Below are positions 13,500 through 26,582 of a DNA stretch of 64,000 bases, in pieces. Each line of letters opens with the position of its first letter. The first letter of the stretch is position 1. This stretch comes from Narcine bancroftii (Eukaryota), in NCBI RefSeq assembly GCF_036971445.1, contig NC_091478.1, forward strand, positions 68,944,001-69,008,000. Reading direction: 5' to 3'. A program made the position numbers and the translations under genes. Under the pieces are notes generated by a model. It did not search any database and was not told the DNA's origin. It worked only from the letters and a program-made list of their open reading frames with translations.

Positions 13500-14355
13500 T
13501 ATAAGACTACAAGACCATAAGACAGGAGCAGAATTAGGCTATTTAATCATGAGTTGATCCATTTTCCCACTCAGCCAAATTGGCTGGCCTATAACCTTCG
13601 TTGTCCTGGCTAATCAAGAACTTGTCAATCTCTGCCTTAAATACACCCAATTACCTGGCCTTCAAAACTGCCTATGGCAACAAATTCCACAGACTCACCA
13701 CCTTCTGGCTAAAGGTATTTCTCCACATCTCTGTTCTCCGCATCTCTGTTCTAAGTCAATCTGACTTTCATGGGAAACAAACTTTCTACATCTACCCTGT
13801 CCATGCCTTTCAACATTCAAATGTTTCAATGAGTTTCCTCCTCATCCTCTTACATTCCAATGATTACAGGCCAAGAGTTGCCAAATCTCATGTGATAACC
13901 TTTTCATTCCCGGAATCATCTTTGTGAACCTCCTCTGAAAGTTCTCCAATGTCAGCACATCCTTTCTTAAATGAGGAGCCCAAAACTCCTCACAACACTC
14001 CAAGTGAGGTCTCACCAGTGCCTTATAAAGCCTCAACATCACATCCCTGCTCTTATATTCTATTCCTCTTGAAATTTGCCCTCTTCAACACTGTCTCAAC
14101 CTGTAAGTTTACTTTCAGACTATCCTACATGAGGACTCCCAGGTCCCATTGCATCTGGGAATTTAAAATTTTCTCCCCATTTAGAAAATAGTCTGCCCGT
14201 TTATATCTTCTACCAAAGTACATGACCATACACTTTCCAATATTGTATTTCATTTGCCACTTCTCTGCCATTGTCCCTGTTTCCTCAGCACTACTTGCTC
14301 CTCCACCTCCCATCATATCATCTGCAAACTTGGCCACAAAGCCATTCATTCCATA
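13500..14355 (-). mobile_element. CR1-clade LINE 3' fragment
   Basis: KFADD and LYKALVRPHLE..FWAPHLRKDVLTLENFQRRFTKMIPG motifs, CR1-type 3' tail. Confidence 0.85.
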
Positions 14356-14363
14356 ATCTAAAT

Positions 14364-14896
14364 CGGTGGTTTTCAAACTTTTTCTTTCCACTCACATACC
14401 ACCCTAAATTATCCCTATGTCATAGTACTCTCTGATTAGTAAGGGATTACTTAAGGTGGTATATGGGTGCACTGGTAGTCATGGTGGGGAGCTGGCCAAC
14501 CAATTTTCCCTTGCAACCGCTGCAATCGTGTCTGCCTGTCCCGCATCGGACTTGTCAGCCACAAACGAGCCTGCAGCTGACGTGGACTTTTTACCCCCTC
14601 CATAAATCTTCGTCCGCGAAGCCAAGCCAAAGAAAGAATATGGGTGGAAAGAAAAAGTTTGAAAGCCACTGGTTTAATCGTGCCTCATTGACTCGTTATG
14701 TGCAAGGTTTCGTAACTCCAAAGGAAATGGGCCAGTGACAATTTTTCTCAAGCAAAATATTTCAGTAACAATTGGGACTAGAGCAGTGGTTCTTTTTTTC
14801 CTATTCACACACCACCTTAAATAATCCTTTACTAATCACAGAGCACCTGTGGCATAGGGAATACTTAAGTGGAAAGAAAAAGTTTGAAAACCACTG
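14364..14896. mobile_element. Non-autonomous hAT-type DNA transposon (MITE)
   Basis: Terminal inverted repeats (TIRs) C(A/G)GTGGTTTTCAAACTTTTTCTTTCCAC. 8-bp TSD ATCTAAAT (14356-14363 and 14897-14904). Confidence 0.85.
14470..14637 (+). mobile_element. Short RTE 3' end with an inverted internal piece, nested in the MITE
   Basis: 14472-14495 is the reverse complement of the RTE PAPHHDYQ-coding segment; 14496-14637 is the RTE 3' end. 9-bp TSD ATATGGGTG (14461-14469 and 14638-14646). Confidence 0.88.
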
Positions 14897-15289
14897 ATCT
14901 AAATCATTGATATAAATATTCATACTTATACTTTAACTTAATGCCAATCATTCCATCAACTAAAGTAGAACCCAACAGTTTCTTCCCTAACCCAGATGAG
15001 AAAAAATCAGTACATTTGGTTAACATACTGTGTGACATGAATATGTTTTATTATTAAGATTTCAATAAACCCACCATTTCATTTGATTTGCACATAAAGT
15101 GCAAATAAAAAAAATTGTTGCTTTCATTTGTGTGGGAGTAAATGTTATTAAAATGACGGAAGCAATTACATAATTCAATACATTGTAATTAGGATTCCTG
15201 TAAATGCTACCATTCTTTGAGATGAGCCTATCTAATATCTTTGGGTTATTAACATTATTGCCCCCTCCTTTGTTAACCAAAGTTAGTGC

Positions 15290-16180
15290 TTCTTTCTCAT
15301 AAAATCCCTTTTTTGATTTGTATTGTAGACCTGTTGCTTGAATATCTGCCACTGTTTCACGACTGAACCGCCTCTAAGCTTATATACCTTGTCCACTTCA
15401 GACAACTCTGCTCTCAAGGAAAATGGCAGCGCTGCCAGAGCTGCTGTAATGGCAGAGTTGCGGCTGATGCAAACCCGGGAGAGCGGAGTCACAGTGCTGT
15501 TCCAAAGGGTTCAACCTCCCAGGATGGATCCGTCCAGGCTTTAAACAACTTGTTAAAGGAACTGACAGTGCTTTTAAAACCTGCAACCCGAGGTCTGTGC
15601 CCCTATGCTTGGCACAAGCCTCAAAGGGTTGGAGTCTCCAGGAACCATCTGACCAGAAACAGGGAGAACATCTCCCGTGGAGAAGGAAAAGCAGAGGAGA
15701 CGACCCTATAGGATGGTGAGCATAGCAGCAGACTATCGAAGGCCTCACCGGCCGAGGGACCTACGCGGGCTGCTGGCAACTTGCAGTCAAAGGTCTCACA
15801 ACAAGGTGTGGACCGCTGGGAGATTGGCTCTTGGAAACCAGATATTGGAACCGAGATTTGAAAGGATGCTGATGGGAAAAAAAAGAGCGAAGGGTCACCG
15901 AAGGCTACCTGATTGTTGGGAGGTTTGAATCTGGAGCTCAGGTTGCTGATGGATCATACAGGAATTTGTGCATCTACAAAGGCTGTGGGAGTGCTGGAGG
16001 CAAATTCACAGATATTTAGTGACACTGAAGGGACTCTCTTTTGTTTCCTTTTCTCTTTTACAGTAAAGAGCACCGAGCAACACTAATGGTGACTATTTGT
16101 CTGCCTTATGGCAGGCACAAGGCTATTTTGTGTATTATTACATTTTGTCCTATTACATGACAATAAAGGAATCTTGAATA
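15290..16180 (+). repeat. Unclassified LINE-tail-bearing interspersed repeat
   Basis: Ends CAATAAAGGAATCTTGAAT. A related tail occurs on the minus strand at ~29830. Boundaries approximate. Confidence 0.4.
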
Positions 16181-17599
16181 CCATTACCCTGACTTCAATT
16201 GGAGATAATGATTATGGACTTGAGGTGTTTATCCTTAAACAGCATTGTATTGTGGTCACTACCCCCTAGGAGATTTATAACTACAAGACCCCTTGTTAAT
16301 CCTTCCACTTTAGTCAAGACAAAATTTAAAATAGCCTGCTCCTGGGGAAGCTCTGCAATGCACTGCTGAACCCTGATGCATTTCACATATTAATTTTCTG
16401 CGATACCTTTGCCAGTGGCCCCTAATGAATCTGTGACCCCATCTTTGGGATCCAGGAGGAAACAGGAGCATCCTGAGGAAATGCACGCAGTCACCTGAAA
16501 AACATGCAAATTCCACAGCGAGAGCACCCGATGTCACGATCAACCGAAGACGCTTGAGCTGTGCAGTAACCACACTAACTACTGTGCGAGTTAAAGAAAA
16601 AAGTCTGCAGATGCTTGGATCTAGTGCAGCACGCAAACCTGCTGGAGAAGCTCAGCAGGTCATGAAGCATCCATAGGCAGTCAACGTTTTGGGCCTGAGC
16701 CCTTTGTCAGGAATCCAGCACTTCTGTATATTGCACTAACTACTGTGTCTTGGCTGAATGCAAACCATCTTCATGACTCACCATGCAAATCTAGCACAAG
16801 ATTTGGCAAAGCAAAAGAATTTTCAATCTGCCAGATACAAGGCTGAGCTTGTCTAAACTTTACCCGTTGCAGAAAAATCTATGTAGTTTGTGTAGAGAGC
16901 ATTTTTGCTAGATCGGCCACATTGTATTTAAACCATCCCCTAACCGTTCCAGCAAATCCATTTTTCTTCCGATAAAGCAGGCATGCACGATGTACGAGTT
17001 AAACTGCATCACATGTTTCCTACTGCATACACAAGGCTATGATCACACCCTGCACTCACAAGGGTGGTGGTACTTCATTTACTCTCAATTTTCAATTTTT
17101 CTAGAGGAAGAATCATCAGTTAGCTCAGCACATCAGCGTAAAACTGTATTATTAAAGATGGATGGCATAGAAATTTTCAATGCACTGAAGCAACCTCAAC
17201 ATAAATTTATGAAAGGGAAATCACGTTTGACCAAATTATTGGGATTCTTTGCAGAAGTAACAGGTGTTACTGAGAAAAATGAAATAGAGGATATAAAATG
17301 CCTACTGGAAAGATAAATATTCTACAACATTGCATCAAAGTTTATCGACCGTGATTTTGACATGGACAGGTTAGCTGTCTAAAATGAAACCATATACACA
17401 TAAAGGGGTCTTCTCTGGTTGGAAAGGTGCAACAGGTATTGTGTCACAGAGGAGCATTAAGGAGCCTCTAATTTTTGTTTCTAATTTAGATAAGTGCTAG
17501 AAACTCTTTTTGAGCTTTGCTATGAATCTTCTGTTGTTTGCTAACCATGACAGTTAAACTAACCAAATGACTTGGATGAAGCCACTGATGATATGAAGT

Positions 17600-17997
17600 C
17601 CATATAATAGACTGATGCTGGAACATAGAGCAAAACAGAACACTGAAAGAACTCTGAGGGTTCAGCAGCATCTCCAGAGGTAAAATGGGCAAGTTGACAT
17701 TCAGATTGAGACCTTGTATCAGGACTGAGAAGCAACAGTAAAGACAGCCAGCATACACTAATGCATGGCGGAGTGGGAGACCGATAAACAGATGGAATAA
17801 GGAGGGGGAAGTGGAAGAGTCAGAGACTGGTAGACAATAGGTGGTACCATTCGGGGCAGTGGGGGAGGGGGAATGAGGCTGACAGATGTTAAGTGGAGTC
17901 AGATAGCGAAGGGATGATGGTCAAATGGATAGAGGTTGAGGGAGGAGAGGGGATGGGAGAAATTAACAAATGAAAAAGAAAACTAGATGGACAGGTG

Positions 17998-18047
<50 letters not shown>

Positions 18048-18200
18048 CATGCACATGTATAAAAGAGCATTTAGGATGTAGCTGCTCAAGCAGAACAATG
18101 AATGTTGCTCTTCCAATTTTTATTTGGACTCTCCATGGCTATTGAAAAGGCTAAGGACAAACAAGTTGGTGTGGGAGTGGGAAGTACTATTAAAATGACA
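17600..18200 (-). mobile_element. Degenerate Penelope-like element with internal (GT)n
   Basis: EEQHSLFCL remnant, similar to the element at 53.8-54.6 kb. Confidence 0.5.
17999..18044. repeat. (GT)n microsatellite
   Basis: About 22 GT units seen directly. Confidence 0.95.
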
Positions 18201-18394
18201 TATGCCATTTACCCCTTCACCTGATTCCTTCTGCCCATTCCTTCCTTGTATGCGACAATCACTGAGGTATCTTGCTGCTTTCTATCTCAAGAAAAACCCT
18301 TGCAAGAGTCCTGCTAAATTGTCTGGTCACTCATCTGGAGCTGGGCCTGCTGCTAGAGCCACAGTGTGGCTTCCACAAAGGTGGTGGGACTCAT

Positions 18395-19770
18395 GAATTT
18401 TGTCACATGCCAACTTCAGAAGGATCAGGAGCAAAATTGTGAACTCGACACAACCTTTGTTGACCTCACGAAAGCCATTGACACTGTCAGCTGACAAGGC
18501 CTGTGGAGGATCATGTCAAGAATCAGCTGCCCTGCCAAATTCCTTCAGATTGCCCGCCAGTTCCATGATGGCATGATAGCCAAAGCGTTGGATGGCGGAG
18601 AGTCGTCTAAGGCATTCCCAGTCACCAAGGGCCGCGTGCTTGCACCCACACTGTTCAGCATGACATTTACTGCCATGCTGAAGGATGCCTTCCAGGACAG
18701 TGATGCTGGAATCAGTCTCAAGTACAGAGGGGATGGGAAGCCCTTCAACTTGAGGAGTCTTCAAGCTATAACCAAAGAGACCTTTTTGCCAATAACTGCA
18801 CCCTGTATGTTGGCTCAGATCCAGAGATCCAAGTCAGAATGAACAAATATTGTGTTAACTTTTGGACTCTCCATCAACATTAAAAAGACTAAAGTCATGT
18901 ACCAGCCTGCTACTCATGCTCCATACACAGAACCTAAAATCACAATCAAAGGGGAGCAACTGCAGGTAGTGGACCAGTTCACTTACCTTGGCAGCACCCT
19001 CTCCCAGGCATTGACTATTGATATAGACGTTAATTGCAGAATAGCAAAGACAAGTTCTGCTTTTGGAAGGCTGCGTTCCACTGTACGAGAACATCAAGGA
19101 ATCAGTGCAGCAACAAAATTGAAGGTCTACAGAGCCACGGTACTCATTACCCTCCTGTATACCTGTGAAACGTGGACTGTGTATTGAAGGCATGCAAGAC
19201 AGCTCAACCATTTTCACATAATGTCTTTGCAGAATCAGATGACAAGACAAAGTACCAGACACTGAAGTTCTCTCAAGAACAAATCTCTCATCAGTCCACA
19301 CACTGCTGATGAAAGCACAGATCCTGTGGGCAGGTCATGATATCCATACGCCGGACGAGTGTATACCCAACCAGCTCCATTTTGGAGAAATTTCTGCTGG
19401 TAGATACTCGCACGGAGGCCAGAAGAAACATTACAAAGACACACTAAAGGCCTCTCTGAAGTCGCTTTAACATAGTCATGACCAACTTTGAAACGCTAGC
19501 ACAAAACCGTCCTACCTGATGCAGCCTTATCCACACGGGCTGTCAAGCTTATGACACATGGCACACTGCTGAAGCACAACATAAGTGTGAGCTGTGCAAG
19601 TCCAAAGCCATTAGCGTAACAACTGCACTGCCTACACATGTCTGCCGACAAGTACCAGGACACTCCATGACCGAATTGGCTTGACCAGTCACCTTCGGAC
19701 AAACCCCATCTAGTTTTTGAAGTGACTAATGGTGTCAAGTCTTCATCGACGACGATGGACAAATGACGAT
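18395..19770 (+). mobile_element. Older, divergent RTE-clade LINE fragment
   Basis: FVDLTKAIDTV, RQFHDGM, LAPTLFS and VDQFTYLGSTLS motifs with stops and frameshifts. GACGAT-type tail. Confidence 0.85.
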
Positions 19771-19939
19771 GTTTCCTTTTGCCCATCATCTCCTTCCTAC
19801 CTGGTTCCATTTATCACTTGCCAGTCTCTCTTCCCCCAACAGAGGGGCAATCTTTCAAGTCATACACAACTTGCATCTTTTTCTTCCATAGATGCTCTTT
19901 GACCCGGTGGGTTTTCCCAGCGTTCTGATTTTATTCCAC

Positions 19940-20775
19940 AGGAGGGACAGTTGCTAATTTTCCAATGGCACAAAGAGAGGTAGGAAGGTGTATTGTGAAG
20001 AGTACATAAGGAGGTTACTAGAAGGATATGAATATGTTAAGAATGAGAGCAAAAATCAGGCAAATGATCCATAATGTATGAAAGTGTGCGCTGGTGTCCA
20101 TTCTGAATAATAAAAATGCATATTATCTAAAAGCTGAGAGAATGCAGAGTTTTGAGGTGCAAAAGAAGCAGCACACTCCAATGCATAATTTGCCAAATGT
20201 TAGAATTAGCAATAATAGGCAATCAAGGATGTTGACTGAAGGTTATAATTTATTGTTAAGGAAGCTGAATCCAAAAGAAGGAAGGTCTGCTTCTGTTACG
20301 TTGAGCATTAGTGCAACCACAACCTGTGTATGATATTGATCTGAAGGAAGGACAAGGCTAATATCTGAAATGTGCCCACTGTCTTATCAGGACTGGTAGA
20401 CTTGTACCTGATGAAGTTTAGAAGAGTGGGACAGGATTTGATTGAAACATATAAGATCACAAAGAGTACTGACGGGGTAGATGAGGAGAGAGGTTTCTTC
20501 TTATGGGGGAATCTGGATCTGAGAGTCACTGTTTACAAACAAGAGGGGGGGGGGTCACACATTTAAGATGGAAAAGAGGTGAAATCCTCTTGGAGGATGT
20601 GCATCTTTGAAACTTTTCCTCCAAGGGTAGCTGAAGTCTGAATTAAGGCAATATTTGATGGCAAGGTGATGAAAGGTTATCAAAGCTGGATGGGAACAAT
20701 AGGAGCAGCCATGATTTCATTTAACAGCAGAGGAGGCTTAAATAACTAAGTGGCCAACACCCACTCCATGTTATT
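19940..20775 (+). mobile_element. Degenerate CR1 fragment
   Basis: DLIETYKI motif and CR1-like 3' end. Confidence 0.6.
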
Positions 20776-21186
20776 ATGTTTGTTGCAACTTTGGCTCCCA
20801 CAGCTGACCACTACTCTCTGAGCAATAATGAAAATGAACAAGAGTGGGTTTCCAGTTAGGACTCAATATTTGGCACACCACGGTTAAATAAATTTGCCAA
20901 TAATCCTAATCCACTTGTTCCTTGCAAATCAAATAAAGTTCATCTCATTCTCTTTTAACCAATACTCAATTACCCTTATTTCAGTAGTGCATGTTTATAT
21001 AATTATCTTAATAGCAAATGTAATTTCTTTAACCAGTACTTTTTCTCAGCATTACATTTCATGCTATCATCATGAATTATTGACAGTGGTTTCTCTATTT
21101 AGGCACAGAGAAAATAGTGAACATTCATTTTAATCCTAGAAAAGCTACTTCTTCATGTCTCACAAAAGTGGGGGGAGGGGGGACAG

Positions 21187-21195
21187 GAGAGAGAG

Positions 21196-21252
<57 letters not shown>

Positions 21253-21264
21253 GAAAGAGAGAGA
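21187..21264. repeat. (GA)n/(GAAA) purine microsatellite
   Basis: Seen directly. Confidence 0.95.
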
Positions 21265-21418
21265 AAATTATATTGGAGAGGAGAATACATAGGCATCTAG
21301 ACAGCCTATAATAAAATCTCAATCGATTATTGAAATAGGGAATTTTAGCAAGCTGATGATAAAGAGAGTTAACAACAATTTCTTGGAGTTGATGGGAATG
21401 AGTAGCAACATTCTAGGA

Positions 21419-21499
21419 CAGAGGTTCTCAACCTTTTTTTCCCCCACGCACATACCATTTTAAATAATCCCTTACTAACCACAGAGCACCAATGGCATC
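21419..21499. mobile_element. Fragment of the same hAT MITE family
   Basis: Shares AAATAATCCCTTACTAACCACAGAGCACC and a TIR-like start with 14783-14896. Confidence 0.65.
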
Positions 21500-24400
21500 C
21501 TATGACTACAAAGTATCCTATATTTTCTATTTGCTGTGTCTAGCCAAAGCAGATTTGGCTTATGGGAGATGCCCAAGTTTGCAAATACCACCAAAATACA
21601 AAAGTATAAAATATAATTCTAGGGACCTAAAAACACTACAAGGATATATGAAAATGGAAAGGGGGACAAAAAGGCCAATGAAATTCAATGTCATTAAAAG
21701 TATGCATTTTGATAAATTAAATATTAAATGGATAATAAGCTTGTGCTGTGAAAAAGTAAAGGATATTAAGAAAATACAAGATAATATGGATTCTACTGAA
21801 TAGACAAAACACAAAATGTAAAGAAACAATTTTAAATATTGAAACGATTTGCATTGTAAAAAACACTGTGGCAATGTGATAGCAGCATTAAGGAATGAAA
21901 TAGTAACTACATCAAAATCTTGCCACAAGTGGAAAACCAAAACACTGTGAATACTGAAAATTTGAAATAATAAAATAGAAAATGTGGAAATAGTTTTGAC
22001 GAAACGCCATCAGTCTGAAATAATAGCTTGGTTTCCTTCTCCATAGATGTTGCATGAACTGCCACCAATGCCTGATCTGACTCAAACTACTACACATGTA
22101 TTGATTGTATGTGTGTTTGCATATTTTTGCACCGAGGACCAGAGAATGCTGTTTTGTCGGGTTGTACTTGTACAATTGGATAATAAACTTGAACTTATGA
22201 TTGACATTTATGTATTCATATAAATCAAGGAGGACACACAATGGAGTCTTGCTAAGTTTGAGAATATCCCCAGAAACATTAAGAAATAAATGAGCATAGT
22301 TTGTTTACAGTGACTCATTGCACAATTAAAAGGTTGAAGAGCTAATGTAATTTTAGTTAGTGATTACATTAAAGTTTAAATCTAACCTTTTAAAATAAGG
22401 TTAGATCAGTGGCTGAATGAGGTGGAGAAATAAGTGGATACATGATGAGAATGAACGTATGGAATGAGAACTAATGCTCTGGTGAGACATGAAAAATTTT
22501 GAAATGAATTAAAATGTCTTTGCCCATGCTGTAATTTCTATGTATCACAACAACAACTTCTCAAGCTTTTGACAAAACTTTAATGAAATAAATTTTCCCC
22601 AAGGTTCTTTACTGTGGTGTTATCATTCAAAATTTGACAATAAATAAGGGCAAGGATAGGTGATCTAAAGCAGCTACAATCTGGGGACCACAGTATATTT
22701 AAGTAAAAGCCCTGTTTTCTTTTCATCTCACACAACATAAATATTTTTTATGTTATCGGTAGGGGAGAAGTACGGAAGAAACCATAACTTGACTGCTTCA
22801 TAGGGAAGGGTGCCCATAAATGTTCAGCAGAGTCCTGAGGGGCCACAGGCAGAAAACTAAGGTTGAGAATGACTGATTTAAAGCATAGTTCAAAAAAATA
22901 GGTTTTAAAGGAGCAACTTAAATGAGCCATGGAAAGGGAGAGAGGTCCTTTAAATAGGGTAAATAGAGAGCAAGGGCATTCTTGATAAGAAGTATTGAGT
23001 ACATAGATAAGGCAGGGATGGGGCAACATAATGGAAGAGGAAAAAGATTATTATAGTCACATAGCAAGGAAACAAATTTCCACTTGCACATTGAACACCC
23101 ATCTGACACCAATGTTCAAGATTAAAGTTAACACAGGTTGCAAGTGGCCTGAATATTGTGTACTGGTAAAGGTGAGGAGCAAACCTACAGCCAGGGAACA
23201 CATTTTATGGTCAATACCAAAGACAATTATTTAATATTCTCATTGTTAAGTAAAAGACAATTTATCAGCCAATACAAGATAGTGGCTAGTTGTGTGACCA
23301 ATTTGAATGATTGACTAATGGGAGGTGAAGCTGGATGATGCCATCATTCAAAATGAACACAACACTAGCCTGCAACATCCTGCCAATTGCTTGTTAAACC
23401 CATTTCGCTACTCACTTAATCCACAAGAATTAGAGCAGAATCTCCAATACCAACTTGTCATTTGGAGTCTCACCCATTTTTTGATTACAGCAAAGACAAT
23501 GATAGATCCTGAGGGATCTATCAAAGGAAATCTATAACCATCAAAGGAAATGCAGAAGAGATGTTTACTCTTGTGGGTAAATCTTGAACTAGGAGTTACT
23601 GTTTAAAAATGAGGTCACACATTAATGAACACCCATTAATGAAAATATGAGGCAATTTTTCTCTCTTAAAGGGAGACAGATATTTAGAAGGCCAGTGGAA
23701 GTAGAGTTATTGAATATTTATAAAGCAGAAGTTTCAAATTCTTGATAAGCAACGGAGTGCAAGGTTACCAGGGATGTGCAGGAATTTGGCCTGAACAGCC
23801 ACGTGATCTAATACTGCTCATTATTATAACCATATAACTGTTTTGTTAGTAAACTATGCTTGGAAATGAAAGGCTGTCGTTATTTTCCTCTATTGTTCTT
23901 TCAAACGTGCAGAAGTCAAGTTAATCGGCCCATTATGTCAAAACAATGGAACTTTTTTCTATAATTTTTCATTTCAAAATTAAATGCAGTGAGGAAGAAT
24001 TCCCTTAATTACAACAGTGCTCTGGTCATGGAGCTGAGTGCTTTCTACTTGGGAGATTTGAGAGCCAGCTGATCAATACTGATTAAACCTCCAAATTTAT
24101 CCATGGTGCAGATCTAGATAAATATTTTTCTTACTAGCCCAGAAGGCAATTCCCTGCTACCTTCTTTAGCAAGAGCCAGTTTAACACAGCCCATCTTCGT
24201 TCGAACAGTCGGGACTGCGTTCTCTTTATATTAACAAAAACAATGCTGTTGATGTTTTACTTTTGTGATTCAATCAAATTTCTTGCCACGCTGCAAAACA
24301 AAACCCCACCAACTTCAATCCCATTTTTTTCCCCATATGTAAAGTTACTCGTGTTTATTTTGGAAAGTTTGTTCGTTGAACCTAAACGAACGGAGAGCAT

Positions 24401-24514
24401 TTCCCAAAGTTACATTGCCGACAGGCCCAGCCGGAAACTGCATTCCACTTTCAGATTTTTTAACTTCATCATAATAGGCTGTCAGAGCTGGTTTCTGTTA
24501 AACTTTTTCTTTAC

Positions 24515-24700
24515 CTGCAAATCTCATCCTGATTCTAACAGCCTCTGTGAATTCATTGGTTTCTCCCCTCTCTGATCGACCCTTTAATTTTCTTTCGCCT
24601 GCAAATTAGAAACTCAGGGGGAAAAAAAACTTTACATCGACAAACACCAAGGCGCAGGCTGATTGCGTCATCTAAGAGGCCAACCTTGGGGAACAAGGTC
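24515..24700 (-). promoter_or_regulatory. ATXN1L: Candidate ATXN1L first exon and promoter
   Basis: Donor CAG|GTAAAG at 24515/24514, local CpG enrichment, ATF/CEBP-like ATTGCGTCA at 24662-24670. Transcription start position is a guess. Confidence 0.4.
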
Positions 24701-24707
24701 TTCTTCC

Positions 24708-24725
24708 TGCGGCGCCCCCTGCAGC
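24708..24725 (-). promoter_or_regulatory. CTCF-like motif
   Basis: Minus strand reads GCTGCAGGGGGCGCCGCA, close to the CTCF core CCASYAGRKGGCRS. Confidence 0.5.
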
Positions 24726-25859
24726 ATGGGCAGACTATATTAACCGAGTGCTCCTGGAGGAACTCGGTAATCTGGGTTCAGTCAGCCTTTATCAATACCT
24801 TGATGAAACGTCGGTGATCTTTTTCAAACTTTTCTATAATAGAGGACACTTCTTGGCCTGCTGAGTTTCTCCAACACTGTGTGGTACTTCATCTTTACGG
24901 TGTCTGCAGATTTTCGTGTTTTACTTCTAACCTTTATCAATTTACAGTTCTGCCTGTCATTGATTTTAAATATTAACTTTTGCTTGATCGTGCCCAATTT
25001 ATCAGTTTATTTCCAGCATTTTTGTTTTATTTTCAAACATACATTTGTTTCATTTTAAATAAATTCAACTTATGAAAGCTATCTTTTCAAAACTTGTGAA
25101 AATTTAGTTTGGATTTAAATGTTTTAAAATCTGGTAATTATTATTTGTCAAAATAATTAAAAATAAACATGAAATGAAAAAAATTAAATCCTTTATATAA
25201 GATAACCAAAGAATTTTGTGTACATGGCGATGAAGGAACCTTGAAAGACATTGAAAAGTCTTCCCATACAATTTTTTTTAATGTTTAAATGTCTGAGTGG
25301 CGTAGATAAGGTGGACAGGCAGCGCATTTTCCCCACCAGGTCAGGAGAAGCAAACACTAGAGGACACCTGCACAAAGTGAAGGGAGGAAAGTTCAGTGCA
25401 AAGTTTTATTTTTCACATAGTTGGGTGTGCCTGGAATGCCTTGCTAGGGGGTTGGTGGTGGATGCTGAAACATTAGGGGCATTGAAGAGGCTGTTAGAGA
25501 GGGACATGGATGAAAGAAAAATAAGAGGGTTAGGAAGAAGGGAAGGTGGGGGGGGGGGGTCCCGGAATATATTGATCGGCACAGCATTGAGGGCCGTCTA
25601 CTGGGCTATTATGTTCTAGAAATATATCCTTTTCCTTAATTCACCATCATCTGATCATTATCGATCATTGCTGCGGGATTTACTTATCTAATGGCACATA
25701 CTTGCCATTAATTGGGAACATCCTAGGGGTATTACTTGCTATGCGAATGCAAGTCTTTCTTTCCCGATAGTTTTGATTACAAGTTCCTGGAAGCTAGAGA
25801 TGCTTCTAACTTTTAAAAACAAACTCATTTTCACATTATTTTGTGAACTAAAGCCAGAA

Positions 25860-26025
25860 TCGAAGACGTCAATGCGGCGATGACTTCCCGTCGTTGGCCA
25901 GCGGCCGGCTGCGAGAGGTGGGCGGCACCCTTGGGATCGTTATCCAATCAGCAGCAGGGTTTCTGCCGCACAAGGTGCCGATAATCTTGCTTGTGATTGG
26001 ACAAAGCAAGAATCGAAGATGGCGG
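25860..26025 (+). promoter_or_regulatory. NOB1: NOB1 CpG-rich promoter
   Basis: GACGTCA (CRE-like) at ~25865, two CCAAT boxes (CCAATCA ~25944, TGATTGG 25994-26000), and a YY1 motif AAGATGGCGG overlapping the ATG (26016-26025). Confidence 0.65.
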
Positions 26026-26087
26026 CCGCTGTGGTGCAGCATGTTGTGGCAGATGCTGGCGCTTTCCTGAAGAACGCGCCTCTACAG
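26019..26087 (+). CDS. NOB1: NOB1 exon 1 (PIN-domain 18S rRNA endonuclease)
   Basis: MAAAVVQHVVADAGAFLKNAPLQ, matching the NOB1 HVVADAGAFL motif. Donor CAG|GTGGGT. Confidence 0.93.
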
Positions 26088-26582
26088 GTGGGTGGCGTGG
26101 GCCTTGAGTGGAGGAGTGTCCAATTCTGGGGGTTCTACTGACAATCGTTTAAAACTTTGCTGGCCACGGGTGTCATGCCAGAAGGTGGGAGGGCAGTAAA
26201 TGCAGCAGGTTCAAAGCAGATAATATAGGCCAGGTAGTCTAACATGAGTGATATGTGTTATTTAGAAAATCATTCTGAGGGGCACGATTAATCTCCACTA
26301 GGGCAGGCTGGAATTCATCAAAATAGTCGTTGGAACTTTATTTGGGCGGGCGTCTGGGCAAACCCCTTTGAAAGTTTCGCAGTATACTTACAGGGGCAGT
26401 ATAGACAGTTGATGTTGTCTGTGTGGGCAACACTAAGGCTTTTGTATAAATCCCATATGAACTAAAGGGTATTGGCCTATGTGATTCAAGATACGTGGAG
26501 TTGGCAAATTTGATGCAAAATTGCCTTGGTTTCAGGAGATAGGGAATGAGGAGGGTTGTCTTAGTTTTGATGCTGCGGGTCC

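Noticed and set aside
21117-21322. ER/LS-repeat ORFs
   Set aside because: Translation of a (GA)n microsatellite.
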